Source: Phyllobates terribilis (Eukaryota). From it: a stretch of 64,000 bases of DNA. Positions within the stretch are counted from its first letter, which is position 1. Each line of letters begins with the position of its first letter. The stretch spans positions 802,590,001-802,654,000 of the forward strand of contig NW_027362764.1 in NCBI RefSeq assembly GCF_046119375.1. The letters run 5' to 3'. Of this stretch, positions 1 to 13,340 are shown piece by piece. The notes under the pieces are model-generated. The model saw nothing but the letters and a program-made list of their open reading frames with translations. It searched no databases and was not told the DNA's origin. The translations under genes and the position numbers were made by a program.

Positions 1-347
1 TTACCCGCCTGTTACCTGCTGTCTCCATCAGCTCGCTCACCTGGGAGCGCCCGCCAGTTACCTGTCAGGTATCCGCCTCGCCTGTCTACCCAGAGACTGT
101 CCCCGTCACTTGCTGTGACCACCTGCCTGTCTACCCAGAGACTGTCCCCATCACTTGCTGTGACCACCTGCCTGTCTACCCAGAGACTGTCCCGTCACTT
201 GCTGTGACCACCTGCCTGTTTACCCAGAAACTGTCCCCGTCACTTGTTGTGGCTGCCTGCTTGCCTTCCCTGGGAGTCACCTGCTTCCTTACAAGGACTT
301 CCCCCTTGTATTGCAGCTCAGAGGTTCCACCTCCCGGACCCGTAACA
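1..347 (-). mobile_element. Probable LTR-retrotransposon terminus inserted into hAT copy 1
   Basis: Minus strand begins TGTTACGGGTCC (TG terminus). Identity with the hAT transposase starts abruptly at 348. The other end is outside the window. Confidence 0.45.
78..252. repeat. 45-bp tandem repeat, ~4 copies
   Basis: Unit CCTGCCTGTCTACCCAGAGACTGTCCCCGTCACTTGCTGTGACCA read directly. Confidence 0.85.
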
Positions 348-1294
348 ACATGTTTCCACATATTTGTGGTATTGAGGTTGCTGACACTTTTCCCTCTTTT
401 CACTTTTTGATTACACAGCTTGCATTTGACAAAGCACATGTCATCTGCAACTGTGTCAAAAAAGGACCAGGCACTGCAAGTCTTGGGAGCGCCCGCTTTG
501 GATTTTGGAAGAGCCATGCTCCTAATGGGTGCCGAAGTGGAGGCTACAGGCAACCAAATCAGCCCCCTCCCTCTCCCTCCTTTTTGGGCTGTTCGGGGAA
601 TCTCTTCCTCAGAGTTGCTCCCACCACCTTCCTGTCCCTCACGCCATGATGGGTCAAGGACCTCATCATCTACACCACCCTCTTCAAACAACTGCTTCTC
701 CTGGGTAGTCTCGACAGCACAGTACGCAACAGAAAGTGGCACCTGAGTCTCATCATCAGATGCGTACTGAGGTGTGCTGCTGACCATAGGCACTGGCCCA
801 CCTGCCTCTTCAGATTCAGAGAGACAAAACGGTTGCGCATCACTGCATACTACCTCTTCTTCAAATTCTCGAATTCTGCTTGGCTGGTCCCCTCTTTCCA
901 AGCCAAGAGATTCAGAGAACAGAAGTAGAGATGGCTCCTGTCCAGGGCTCTCTGACTGCCTGGGCAATTTGGCAGGTGGTGAAGAGACAGATGGGTGCTC
1001 TTCAGTGCTCAGGACCTGAGAGGATCTGGAACTAATTGAAGTCGATGCGTTAGCTGCCATCCATCCGACAACGGCTTCAATTTGGTCCTCCCGCAGCAGT
1101 GGGGTACGGCTAGCTCCTACAAAGCTGGGCATTAAGGACTGTTCCCTGGTAAAACTGGGGGATGCTGAGTCACTGGTGCCCGCAGCAGGCACAGAATCCC
1201 CACGTCCTCTCCCTGCAGGCACAGAATCCTCACGTCCTCTCCCTGCAGAAACTCCACGCCCACGACCACATGCCTTACTCCCTGCCTTCTTCAT
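348..1294 (-). pseudogene. Truncated hAT transposase (N-terminus to BED finger)
   Basis: Matches the 1130-aa ORF up to NMWKHV, then runs into unrelated sequence. Confidence 0.9.
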
Positions 1295-2291
1295 CTTGGT
1301 AGACTGATAAAGATAGGCAGAAAAGCACTAAGGGCTTAGTGTGCTTATTCCTGAACAGCTGCTAACAGGTATAAGAAACACTAATTTTATAAAGTGTGGA
1401 CTAGACTTTAATATGAGCTAATGTGGCCTACACAACTGTAAAGTGGAGTGTTTGGTGAACTTTATTTAGATTTTTTTGTCACAAAAAGACACTGGATGTG
1501 CCCAAAGATGTAATACCGATAGTATCACAAACTTTTTGTAGCTATTACAATGTAGGAAGGTAACCTACAATGCAATAGATGAGGCTGCAAAAAATAGGCT
1601 AATACTAATCTGGCTGGGGCTGCAGGGCCCAATGCTGCAGAAAAGCTCCTCTATCTACTCCTATATAGTGTGTTTGGAACCAATGTAGCTGAATACGGAT
1701 GGAACCACCACACTAATAGGAGGAATCAGGAAAAATGATCAATTAGCAAAAAAGGAAAATGTATGAGGCAGTGACGCACGCTGAGTGCACTACAACCAGA
1801 CGTGGCTGAAGCACACACTACAGGGTGAGCTGCACTCACACACACAGACCTTGCAGACAGCGGTGAACAGCACAGAGAACTGTGTACTAGCACTGCAAGG
1901 CACAGCGATTTATAAAGTAGCTTGGGTAAAGCACAATAGAGCAAATAGGTAGCTAAAACTGTCCCTCAGAACAGCAGCGTCCTATCCCTAACTGAATTCA
2001 CAGCAGAGGGAGCTCAAAATGGCGGCGGCGGCTTTTATAGTGCATCATGACATCATTTCAGCAGCCAATCACAGCCATGCCATTAGTTAAGATGCCTACA
2101 TGCCTAACAGGATGTGCCCACACTTCTTAGGATCCTCATTGGCTGAATAAAATGAAACTGGCTCATTGAATTATGGGAACTTCCGATTCTGGTATACGAT
2201 ATTCTAAAAGTATTGTAATTAAGTATCGGAATTCCGATACCGCGAATATCGGCCGATACCTGATATTTCAGTATCGGAATGCTCAACACTA
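348..2291 (-). mobile_element. hAT DNA transposon, copy 1 (5' part only)
   Basis: Near-identical to 42871-45097. Ends in the same terminus (TAGTGTTGAGC on minus) with CCGATA-type subterminal repeats. Confidence 0.92.
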
Positions 2292-2686
2292 ACCAGAAGG
2301 TAAAAGAACTTTTAGCCCATATGCTGCGGAATGGTGTAATCCACGAAAGTCAGAGTCCTTGGGCAGCTCCTATTGTGCTAGTTCGAAAAAAAGACGGTAC
2401 TCTGAGATTTTGAGTAGATTATCAGAAATTGAATGCATGTACTGTGCGAGACTCTTAACCATTACCCTGAATAGAAGAATCTCTATCCGAGTTAGGAAGT
2501 GCTAAATTCTTCTCTTGACTTGGCCAGTGGCTATTGGCAGGTCCCAGTAGCTGAGAAAGATCATCCGAAAACTGCCTTTGTTCTTCCTATGGGTTTGTTT
2601 GAGTTTAACCGGATGCCGTTCGGGCTGACAAATGCACCAGGAACACTCCAAAGAGTGATGGAGAGATGCTTGGGGGACCTCAACTT
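2292..2686 (+). pseudogene. Ty3/Gypsy reverse transcriptase, N-terminal fragment
   Basis: SPWAAPIVLVRKKDGTLRF..DY.KLN, LDLASGYWQV, FNRMPFGLTNAP; contains stops and a frameshift. Confidence 0.92.
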
Positions 2687-2919
2687 TTTCTTCTATCCTT
2701 CCAGTAGACGGACATGGCGTCAAGAGATGGAACAGGATCCTTGATGTGAACAACTGGCTGAGACGATGGTGCAGACAACACGGATTTGGATTCCTGGACC
2801 ACGGTGTGAATTACCTCTATGACGGACTCCTTGCCAGAGACGGACTACACCTCAACAAATCCGGGAAACACACATTCGCCAGGAGACTCGCAACACTCAT
2901 CAGGAGGGCGTTAAACTAG
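2687..2919 (+). pseudogene. CR1 ORF1 C-terminus (SGNH esterase-like)
   Basis: Own translation: SILPVDGHGVKRWNRILDVNNWLRRWCRQHGFGFLDH...DGLHLNKSGKHTFARRLATLIRRALN*. Confidence 0.8.
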
Positions 2920-2930
2920 AAGAAGAGGGG

Positions 2931-3459
2931 ATGGGAAGAAAAACGCCGGACACGAACATGCAACCAGAGAACATACTAATGAAAGATATGAAGTGCGACA
3001 AAGAAGGTCCAAGACAAGATACTTGGAAGGGAGGTAAGAAAATTTCTAATACAATCCACAGGGAGAAGATTGGAACAATACAAAATCGTGTAAACTGCGT
3101 GCTAGCAAATGCCAGAAGCCTGACAAACAAGATGGATGAACTGGAAGCAGAAATATCTACAGGTAACTATGACATAGTGGGACTAACCGAGACATGGTTG
3201 GATGAAAGCTATGACTGGGCAGTTAACTTACAGGGTTACAGTCTGTTTAGAAGGGATCGAAGAAGTCGGAAAGGGGGTGGAGTCTGTCTATATGTAAAGA
3301 CGTGTCTAAAGCCTACAATACGGGAGGATGTATGGGAGGGAAATGAGGAGGTCGAGTCCTTATGGGTGGAGATACATGGGGCAAAAAACAAGAATAAAAT
3401 TATCATAGGAGTCTGTTATAAACCACCAAATATAGCAGAAGCCACGGAAAGTCTATTAA
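2931..3459 (+). pseudogene. CR1 ORF2 endonuclease, N-terminal part
   Basis: NARSLTNKMDELE..YDIVGLTETW..GGGVCLYVK..IGVCYKPP; cut at TTAA 3456-3459. Confidence 0.9.
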
Positions 3460-4279
3460 CCCCTTAAGCCCCGCGGGTGGTTTGCACGTTAATGACCGGG
3501 CCAATTTTTACAATTCTGACCGCTGTCACTTTATGAGGTAATTACTCTGGAACGCTTCAACGGACCCCCCTGATTCTGAGACTGTTTTTTCGTGACATAT
3601 TGTACTTCATGATTGTGGAAAAATTTCTTCGATATCACTTGAGTTTATTTGTGAAAAAAACGGAAATTTGGCGAAAATTTGGAAAATTTTGCGATTTTCA
3701 AAATTTGAATTTTTAAGCCCTGAAATCAGAGCGATATGTCACACAAAAGAGTTAATAAATAACATTTCCCACATGTCTACTTTACATCAGCACAATTTTG
3801 GAACCAAAATTTTTTTTTGTTAGGGAGCTATAAGGGTTAAAAGTTGACCAGCGATTTCTCATTTTTCCAACAAAATTTATAAAACCATTTTTTTAGGGAC
3901 CACATCACATTTGAAGTCACTTTGAGAGGTCTTTATGACAGAAAATACCCAAAAGTGACACCATTCTAAAAACTGCACCCCTCAAGGTGCTCAAAACCAC
4001 ATTCAAGAACTTTATTAACCCTTCAGGTGCTTCACAGGAATTTTTTGAATGTGGAAGAAAAAAATAAACATTTAACTTTTTTCACAAAAATGTTATTTAG
4101 ACCCAATTTTTTTTATTTTCACAGGGGTAACAAGAAAAAATGGACCCCAAAATTTGTTGTGCAATTTCCCCTGGGCACGCAGATACCCAATATTTGGGGA
4201 ACAAACACTGTTTGGGCGCACGGCAGGGCTCGGAAGGGAAGGAGCGCCATTTGACTTTTTGATTGTAAAATTTGCTTGA

Positions 4280-6265
4280 ATAATTAGCGGACACCATGTT
4301 CTGTTTGGAGAGCCCCTGTGTGCCCAAACTTTGGAGCTCCCCCACAAGTGACCCCATTATGGAAACTAGACCCCCCAAGGCACCTTTCTAGATGCACAGT
4401 GAGCACTTGGAACCCCCAGGTGCTTCACAAATTGATTCGTAAAAATGAAAAAAAAAACACTTTTTCATTTTTACGAATCAATTTGTGAAGCACCTAGGGG
4501 TTCCAAGTGCTCACTATGCATCTAGATAGGTGCCTTGGGGGGTCTAGTTTCCAAAATGGGGTCACTTGTGCGGGAGCTCCAATGTTTGGGCACACAGGGA
4601 CTCTCTAAATGCAACATGGTATCCGCTAACAAATTGAATGGAAAATCGGCTCAAATTGTTAGCGGACACCACATTGCGTTTGGAGAGCCCCTCTGTGCCC
4701 AAACTTTGGAGCTCCCCCACAAGTGACCCCATTTTGGAAACTAGACCCCCCAAGGCACCTTTCTAGATGCATAGTGAGCACTTGGAACTCCCAGGTGCTT
4801 CACAAATTGATTCGTAAAAATGAAAAAGTGAAAAAAAAAACACTTTTTCATTTTTACGAATCAATTTGTGAAGCACCTAGGGGTTCCAAGTGCTCACTAT
4901 GCATCTAGATAGGTGCCTTGGGGGGTCTAGTTTCCAAAATGGGGTCACTTGTGGGGGAGCTCCAATGTTTGGGCACACAGGGACTGTCTAAATGCAACAT
5001 GGTATCCGCTAACAAATTGAATGGAAAATCGGCTCAAATTGTTAGCGGACACCACATTGCGTTTGGAGAGCCCCTCTGTGCCCAAACTTTGGAGCTCCCC
5101 CACAAGTGACCCCATTTTGGAAACTAGACCCCCCAAGGCACCTTTCTAGATGCATAGTGAGCACTTGGAACCCCCAGGTGCTTCACAAATTGATTCGTAA
5201 TAATGAAAAAGTGAAAAAAAAAACACTTTTTCATTTTTATGAATCAATTTGTGAAGCACCTGGGGTTCCAAGTGCTCACTATGCATCTAGATAGGTGCCT
5301 TGGGGGGTCTAGTTTCCAAAATGGGGTCACTTGTGGGGGAGCTCCAATGTTTGGGCACACAGGGACTCTCCAAATGCAACATGATATCCGCTAACAATTT
5401 GAGCCGACAATTTGTTAGCGGATATCATGTTGCATTTGGAGAGTCCCTGTGTGCCCAAACATTGGAGCTCCCCCACAAGTGACCCCATTTTGGAAACTAG
5501 ACCCCCCAAGGCACCTTTCTAGATGCATAGTGAGCACTTGGAACCCCAGGTGCTTCACAAATTGATTCATAAAAATGAAAAAGTGGTTTTATTTTCACTT
5601 TTTCATTTTTACGAATCAATTTGTGAAGCACCTGGGGGTTCCAAGTGCTTACTATGCATCTAGATAGGTGCCTTGGGGGGTCTAGTTTCCAAAATGGGGT
5701 CACTTGTGGGGGAGCTCCAAAGTTTGGGCACAGAGGGGCTCTCCAAATGCAATGTGGTGTCCGCTAACAATTTGAGCCGATTTTCCATTCAATTTGTTAG
5801 CGGATACCATGTTGCATTTAGAGAGTCCCTGTGTGCCCAAACATTGGAGCTCCCCCACAAGTGACCCCATTTTGGAAACTAGACCCCCCAAGGCACCTTT
5901 CTAGATGCATAGTGAGCACTTGGAACCCCAGGTGCTTCACAAATTGATTCATAAAAATGAAAAAGTGTTTTTTTTTTTCACTTTTTCATTTTTACGAATC
6001 AATTTGTGAAGCACCTGGGGGTTCCAAGTGCTTACTATGCATCTAGATAGGTGCCTTGGGGGGTCTAGTTTCCAAAATGGGGTCACTTGTGGGGGAGCTC
6101 CAATGTTTGGGCACACAGGGGCTCTCCAAACGCAACATGGCGTCCGCTAACAATTTGAGCCGATTTTCCATTCAATTTGTTAGCGGACACCATGTCGCGT
6201 TTGGAGAGCCCGTGATGTGCCTAAACAGTGGAGCTCCCCCACAAGTGTCCCCATTTTGGAAACTA
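4280..6265. repeat. Array of ~383-bp palindromic units, itself mirrored about ~5404
   Basis: The same short ORFs recur on both strands (4535/4562, 4918/4945, 5300/5327, 5673/5700). Loop sequences flip orientation across 5404. Confidence 0.9.
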
Positions 6266-6368
6266 TACCCCTCAAGGATTTTATTAAGGTGTATAGTGAA
6301 CATTTTGAACCCAGAGGTACGGCACAGAATTTGTTTACATTAGGTCATCATATTGAATAAGTTGTCAT

Positions 6369-6668
6369 TATTCTTGAGCGCAAGTGCTCGCTACTTGAGT
6401 TTGCATCGGGTACTCAGGTATGCACCATGTACAGCGTGTGCTTGAGTGACATGCTCGAGTCCCTGCTCCGCATGTTTCACGGTTATTAGGCACCCAAAAA
6501 AAAACATGCGGGGATCGCTCGTGCATGGCAGGCAATCCCCGTAAAGTTTTTTGGCCGCGAAGCATATGGGGCAGAGACTCGAGCATGTCACTCAAATACC
6601 CACGATACTCAATGCATACCAGAGCACCCGATGCAAACTCAAGTAGCGAGCACTTGCTCTCAACACTA
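6369..6668. mobile_element. hAT-type MITE (~300 bp)
   Basis: ~47-bp TIR (..TTGAG.GCAAGTGCTCGCTACTTGAGTTTGCATCGGG). Right end is TAGTGTTGAG on minus. Flanks GTTGTCAT/GTCACCAT are only a degenerate TSD. Confidence 0.75.
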
Positions 6669-6708
6669 GTCACCATATCGTCATCTTTTTTTCTTACTTT
6701 TGAAAAAA

Positions 6709-6851
6709 ATCCCAACCCCAGCCCTAGCCCTAGCACAACCCTAGCCCTAGCACAACCCTAGCCCTAGCACAACCCTAGCCCCAGCACAACCCTAGCCCCA
6801 GCACAACCCTAGCCCCAAACCCAGCCCTAACCCTAGCCCAATCCTAACCCA
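6709..6851. repeat. (AACCCTAGCCCTAGCAC)-type minisatellite
   Basis: Read directly; degenerate CCCTAG/CCCTAA hexamers. Confidence 0.8.
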
Positions 6852-8324
6852 AGAGTTTATTTTTGACGCCGTTCCTTGTGCGGTATAAGTGATTAGACGA
6901 CTTTATTCTTCGGGTCGGTGTGATTACAGCAATGCCAGAATCATATGGGGTTTTTATGACTGACAGCTGTCACACACTAAAAGACGCATTTTTTGTAAAA
7001 TCTAGTTTTTGCATCGCCATATTTTGAGAGCTATAATTTTTCCAGATTTTGGCAGACAGTCATGTGACGGCTCGTTTTTTGCGGGATGACTTGACGTTGT
7101 TATTGGTGCCATTTTCAGGCACGTGACATTTTTTGATCGCTTTCTATTCCGATTTTTGGGAGGCAGAATAAACAAAAACCAACAATTCAGGAATTGTTTT
7201 TTTTTTTTTTTTTTTATTCTGTTCCGCGTGTGGTAAAATTGATGAGGTAGCTTTATTCTTCGGGTCAGTACGTTTACAGCGGTACCACATTTGTATAATT
7301 TTTCTATGTTTTGGCGCTTATACACAATAAAAGCTATTTTATAGAAAAAAATATTTTTTAGCATCGCTTTATTCTGAGAGCTGAAACTTTTTTATTTTTC
7401 GGCTGATGGAGCTGTATGGCGGCTTGTTTTTTGTGGGACGAGATGACGTTTTCAGCGGTATCATTTTTATTTATATGCGTCTTTTTGATCGCGTGTTATT
7501 CCACTTTTTGTTTGGCGGTATGGTGATAAAGCATTGTTTTTTGCTGCGTTTTTTTTTTTTTACCGTGTTCACTGAAGGGGTTAACTAGTGGGACAGTTTT
7601 ATAGGTCAGGCTGTTCCGGACGCGGCGATACCAAATATGTGTACTTTTATTGTTTTTTTTTAATTTTTTTTATAATAATATTTATTGATGGGTACATTAT
7701 ATTTTTATTTTTGGTGTATTATTTTTTTTATTTTTTTATAATATTTTTGCACATTTTTTTTTTTCCACTTTCAGACAGTTTGTACACCTTATTACTTTGT
7801 CCCACTCTGGGACTTTCACTTTTTTTTTTCTGATCGCCTGCATGGCATAGGAATGGAGCACCATCCCTATGCCATGCAGGCTGTCAGAAGTGCACAGTGT
7901 TAAGATTGCTTGGAGATGCACTGCGCATGTCCAAGCAATCTTCCTGCTCTCTGGTGACCCGGATGTTGTCATGACGACATCGGGTCGTCATGGCAACACC
8001 CGGGAAGCAGCTGCAGTCTGCGCTGGAAGCCGGAAGAGGAGGTGAGTATCGCCGATCACCTCCCCTTGCCCCCGCAATGCCGCGATCGATTTCGATCGAC
8101 TTCGATCGCAGCATAGCGGGGGTTAATGTGCTGGGAGCGGTGCAGGACCGCTCCCTGCACATAGTACTGGGTGTCAGCTGTGACAATCAGCTGACACCCG
8201 GCGGCGATCGCGCCCGCACAGCCTGTGTGCGCGCGCGATCGCCATGACGTACTAATACGGGTCTGGCTCTTAAGTCCCAGGGCACAGACGCGTATTAGTA
8301 CGTCAAATGTTATTAAGGGGTTAA

Positions 8325-10722
8325 TGAGACAAATAGACGAAGTAGCAAAAAATTACGAGGTGATTATTATGGGGGACTTCAACTACCCCGATATAGACTG
8401 GGAAACCGAAAGCTGTAGATCTCAGAAAGGAAACAGGTTTCTGTCAATTATCAAAGACAATTATTTGTCACAACTTGTGCAGGAACCAACTAGAGGGACG
8501 GCCCTTTTACACTTAATATTAACTAACAGGCCAGACAGAATAACTGAGGTGCAGGTCGGGGGGCACCTGGGAAATAGTGACCCCAACATTATACAATTCC
8601 ACATGTGCTTCAGTAGGTGCCCAGCAAGGGAGTCACAAAAACACTGAACTTCAGCTAAGAGATGCCCTTCACCTTATAGACTGGGATAGTATCTTCAGTA
8701 ATAGGAGCACGGATAAAAAATGGGAAATTTTCAAAACAGTCCTACATAGTCACTGTAGAAGGTACATACCTTATGGGAATAAAAGGGCTAGGAATAGGAG
8801 GAAGCCAATGTGGCTAAATAAGGAAGTCAAGAGGGCAATGAAAAACAAAAAAAGGGCTTTCGGTAAACTTAAACAAGAAGGCAGCGAGGAAGCACTAATA
8901 TCTTATAGGGAAAAAAAACAAAATCTGTAAGAAACAAATAAGAATAGCAAAAGAGGAGACAGAGAGACTAATTGCCAAGGAAAGTAAAACCAATCCCAAA
9001 CTGTTCTTTAACTCTATAAACAGTAAAAGGATTAAAACTGATGGCGTTGGCCCATTGAAAAATAACCTGGGTAAAATCCTAGAGGGCGATGAGGGTAAAG
9101 CAAACCTACTCAATAGCTTCTTCTCCACTGTTTTCACAAAAGAAAACAATTTATCGGAGGAAATGCAGAGTGATAAAGTAAACCCTCCGCTAAATATCAC
9201 CCACCTAACCCAGGAGGAAGTTCAGAAACGCCTAAATAATATCAAAATAGACAAGTCACCAGGCCCAGATGACATACACCCCCAGGTACTAAAAGAATTA
9301 AGTAATGTGATAGACAGACCGCTGTATCTTATATTCAAGCACTCTTTATGGACAGGGACTGTCCCACTAGACTGGCGCCAAGCAAATGTGGTACCAATAT
9401 TCAAAAAGGGGTCTAAAAGTGACCCTGGGAACTATAGAGCAGTCAGCTTAACGTCTATTGTGGGTAAATTGTTTGAAGGATTTCTTAGAGATGCTATTGT
9501 AGAATATCTTAATGATAATAACTGTCTAACTCCATATCAACATGGATTCATGAGGGATCGCTCCTGCCAAACAAACCTGATGGCCTTCTACGAGGAGGTG
9601 AGCTCACAGCTGGACCGGGGAGAGTCAGTGGATGTTGTAGACCTTGACTTCTCCAAAGCGTTTGATACCGTGCCACACAAAAGGTTGGTATATAAAATGA
9701 GAATGCTTGGTCTGGGGGATAATGTGTGCAAGTGGGTAAATAGCTGGCTGAGTGATAGAAAGCAGAGGGTGGTTATCAATGGAGTAAGCTCAGGGGGTGT
9801 CAGGGTTACTAGCGGGGGGCCTCAAGGGTCTGTCTTGGGCCCTATATTATTTAATATATTTATTAATGATCTAGTGGAAGGGTTGCATAGTAAAATAGCA
9901 ATATTTGCAGATGATACTAAACTTTGTAAAGTAGTTAATACAGATGAGGATAGGGCACAGCTACAGAAGGATTTAGATAAATTGGGGAGTTGGGCCAAAA
10001 AATGGCAAATGCGGTTCAATGCCGATAAATGTAAGGTCATGCACATGGGAAAGAAAAACAGCAGTCACCCATACATATTAAATGGGAAACCGTTGGGGAA
10101 ATCTGACATGGAGAAGGACCTGGGCGTCTTGGTTAATAGCAAATTAAATTGGAGTGCCCAGTGTCAGGCAGCAGCTGCGAAGGCAAATAGAGTCATGGTA
10201 TGCATCAGAAGAGGAATAGGGGCATATGATGAGAACATTGTTCTTCCTCTGTATAAAGCGCTGGTAAGGCCGCACTTAGAATATTGTGCACAGTTCTGGG
10301 CTCCGGTGCTCAGGAAAGACATATTGGAGCTAGAGAGGGTACAAAGGAGGGCGACTAAGGTAATAAAGGGAATGGAGGGACTAGAATACCCAGAGAGGTT
10401 GTCAAATTTAGGCCTATTTACATTGGAAAAGAGAAGGCTTAAGGGAGACCTCATAAACATGTATAATTACATCAGGGGGCAGTACAGAGATCTCTCCCAT
10501 GACCTGTTTATACCAAGGATGGTGACAAAGACGAGGGGGCACACTATGCGTCTGGAGGAAAGGAGGTTCCTGCACCAGCATAGAAGGGGATTCTTTACGG
10601 TCAGAGCCGTGAGACTCTGGAACTCTCTGGGAGAGGAAGTGGTGATGTCCAACTCACTTAATGATTTCAAGAGAGGCCTGGACACCTCTCTTGAGAACAA
10701 TAAAATTACATCTTATGCTTAG
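8325..10722 (+). pseudogene. CR1 ORF2, rest of endonuclease plus RT (frameshifted)
   Basis: IIMGDFNYPDIDW, LDFSKAFDTVPH, QGSVLGP, FADD. Split over ORFs 8225, 8577 and 9055; the last is 555 aa and open. Confidence 0.93.
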
Positions 10723-10907
10723 TTAATTAATCCAGATTGGTGTCGGGAAGTGAATTTTTCCTCAATAATGTAAATTGGCCTATACCGCATGTTTTTTTTT
10801 TTGCCTTCCCCTGGATCAACGCTGCGGAATAGCTGCAGTGCACGAGAAATAGGCTGAACTGGATGGACGTTTGTCTTTTTTCGGCCTTATAAACTATGTA
10901 ACTATGT

Positions 10908-12175
10908 AACTTCGAAGCTACTTTAATCTATCTGTATGATATAATTATTTATTCAGCCACGTTTGAAGATCATCTCCGCCGACTGGAACAAGTACTATAA
11001 CGACTTCAGAGGCATGAATTGAAAATCAAGCCTTGTAAGTGTCATCTCTTCAAACGAGAAATTGAATATTTGGGGAACACTGTATCCAGTGCGGGAGTGT
11101 ATCCCACTGCTGAGAAAGTAGCTGCAGTGCAGAAGTGGCCCACACCGGTCAACTTAAGGGAGTTGAGAGCATTTCTAGGACTCGCTAGATATTACCGCAG
11201 ATTCATAAAAGATTTTGCTAAGATTGCGGCCCCGCTTAGTGAATTACTAAGGGGAATGGCTGGAGGAGCAAAGCGGCAACCTATTCCGTGGGGACCACGA
11301 CAAGAAGAGGCGTTTCGAGCATTGAAAATGGCACTAAGGAATGCCCCAATACTGGCCTATGCTGATTTCTCACAGCCTTTTGTATTGTACACTGATGAAA
11401 GTCTATATGGACTGGGAGCAATGTTGGCTCAAGTGCAAGAAGGAAAAGAGCTAGTGATCGCGTATGCCAATTGGTCACTTCGGGACGCTGAGAAGAATCC
11501 AGATAACTACAGTTCGTTCAAACTGGAGCTCCTGGCACTGGTATGGGCCTTGACTGAGAAATTTGCGGAGTTCTTGTCAGGTTCAGAAATATAAGTGCGG
11601 ACGGACAATAATCCTTTGGCTCATTTGGAAAACGCAAAGTTGGGCGCATTGGAACAGCGGTGGGTTGCAAGGATGTCTAAATATCAGTACAAAATCGCTT
11701 ATCGGTCTAAGGCCCTAAACACAAAGGCAGATGCTCTGTCTTGGGTCACTCAGATGGGGCCGAAGAGAGATATAGATGAACAGCTGGAAGGTGACGAGAC
11801 TCTGGATTTTCGTCAATTCGCTGCAGCTATAATCGATGCTCAGAACTCCAAAGAAAAGGCAAGGCCCACTCAAATCCTGGGTCGGTGAAGAGAAAAGTGG
11901 ATGCAGAGTTGGCAAAGCTTAGGGAATGGGTCGCTATAGGTCAGAGACCCGACCAGGAGGCTAGAGCTGCTTCACTCCCAACTACCGTACAAATATTAGG
12001 TCAGTGGGAAAGACTCTTTTTGAAGGATGGCTTGCTATGCCGGAAAATCCAGCTGCCTCAAGAGTTTGACGTGACCTGGCAGGTATTAGTCCCAGGAACA
12101 CTAGTAACACAATTAGCCCAGGAGGCTCATGGAAGAGGTGCCCATTTCGGCGTGGAGAAGACCTTCCGGTGATTA
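10908..12175 (+). pseudogene. Gypsy RT (resumed), RNase H and integrase zinc-finger start
   Basis: NFEATLIYLYDIIIYS continues GDLNF from 2686 (YLDD changed to YLYD). Also FVLYTDESL.GLGA, SSFKLELLALVWA, TDNNPL, AHG..AHFGVEKT. Confidence 0.92.
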
Positions 12176-13320
12176 TGTGACGCCCAGCTGTGCTTGGTAT
12201 CACAGATCCTAGAAGGGTGTATTGACGGATTCCTCCACAAGAGGCCCCCATAACCATTCACACATCTCCACCTTCCACCTCAGACCACCAGAGGGAGCCC
12301 GTTAGGCATAGATAAATAGGGAAGATGAAGCCAGACAGCAGTTAGTCTGGTCTAGACAGGAGTCGAAAGAGAGCAAACCTGTTGAGAGAGTTCCTGCAGT
12401 AAAGAAGCCTGAGAGAGGTCAGTCCGCAGTGGAGCACAGTCCAGACTCAGTTGTAGCTCAGAATGGTGAGCTTTAGGTGTGCCGGCGCCATAAGATCGGT
12501 GATGCGCGGCGAGCTGCCGTTAGTGTGAGTAGCCTAGTGAGGGCCCGAGTAGGCCGAAGGCAAGAGGAGAGTTAGTACATAGGGGGCAGAGGAGCTTAAC
12601 TAGCTCACCCCGAAACAGTTACCGTACACCGGGTCCGAAGTTTTCCGGGATCTCTATGACCCAGTAAGATATAACCGGAATCCCTGGGGAACTTCAAGTC
12701 CCAAGATCGCTAAAGTGCTGATACGTAACAGAGCCAGGAGACACATAGGCCCCGCAAGCTGAGGATTGTGTACTCCAAGAAAAGGCCCTACCACAAGGTC
12801 AGCCAGCGCAGGACAGAGACAAAGTTAGGCCTAGCTCCAGGCAGGTCAGAAACTTACTACGCAGAAGCAAGAAACAGGAGGCCCAAAGTCCGCTCATTGG
12901 GGAGGATCCTGACATGCACCCTTCACCCTACAGTGCTCTGGGACGTGCTTGAATTTCCATCAGTAAAAGGTACTGAAGTGACTATCGCGTCTGTCCCTGT
13001 TCTTGCTCTGACCCGGCTCGCTCTCGCCTGTCCTGCATTCCCCGTTATTCACTGCCTTGAGGCCTAGCTCCACCTGTAGAGAGCTATACCATGAAGCTGC
13101 CTTATCATCGGCCTCAGTGGACTGAGCAGCGCTGGTGATCCTCACCAGAAGCCACAGGTGGAGTCACAAACTCTTTTATAAACTTAACAAATTATCCACC
13201 CTTTTTAAGGAGAGACTCCAGGGTACGGGCCCGGGAGCCGACCACCGCGACATCCCTGAAGGCCAGGTTAAAGACCCGGGTACCGAGTCATCCCCCATTC
13301 CCCTGGACGAGTCATCTCCA
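12176..13320 (+). mobile_element. LTR 1 (1145 bp) of a tandem non-autonomous Gypsy-type element
   Basis: Starts TGTGACGCCC, ends CA two nt before the PBS; near-identical to 14259-15403. Confidence 0.88.
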
Positions 13321-13322
13321 AC

Positions 13323-13340
13323 TGGCGTCACGAACAGGAT
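13323..13340 (+). other. Primer-binding site, tRNA-Ser(CGA)
   Basis: TGGCGTCACGAACAGGAT is complementary to the vertebrate tRNA-Ser(CGA) 3' end as I recall it (..ATCCTGTTCGTGACG-CCA). Confidence 0.75.

Larger units (their letters stand above)
3460..8320. mobile_element. Non-autonomous TTAA-target (piggyBac-type termini) element
   Basis: TTAA|CCCCTTAA...TTAAGGGG|TTAA. Removing it restores the CR1 frame (ATESLLMRQIDE). No transposase ORF. Confidence 0.85.
2687..10911 (+). mobile_element. CR1 LINE, 5'-truncated, inserted in Gypsy RT and split by a TTAA element
   Basis: ORF1 esterase tail, APE endonuclease, RT, 3' UTR ending in (AACTATGT)n. AACTT is present at both junctions. Confidence 0.93.

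Noticed and set aside
6709-6851. Interstitial telomere
   Set aside because: Mostly CCCTAG/CCCCAG with AGCAC spacers, not (CCCTAA)n, and it lies inside a transposon.
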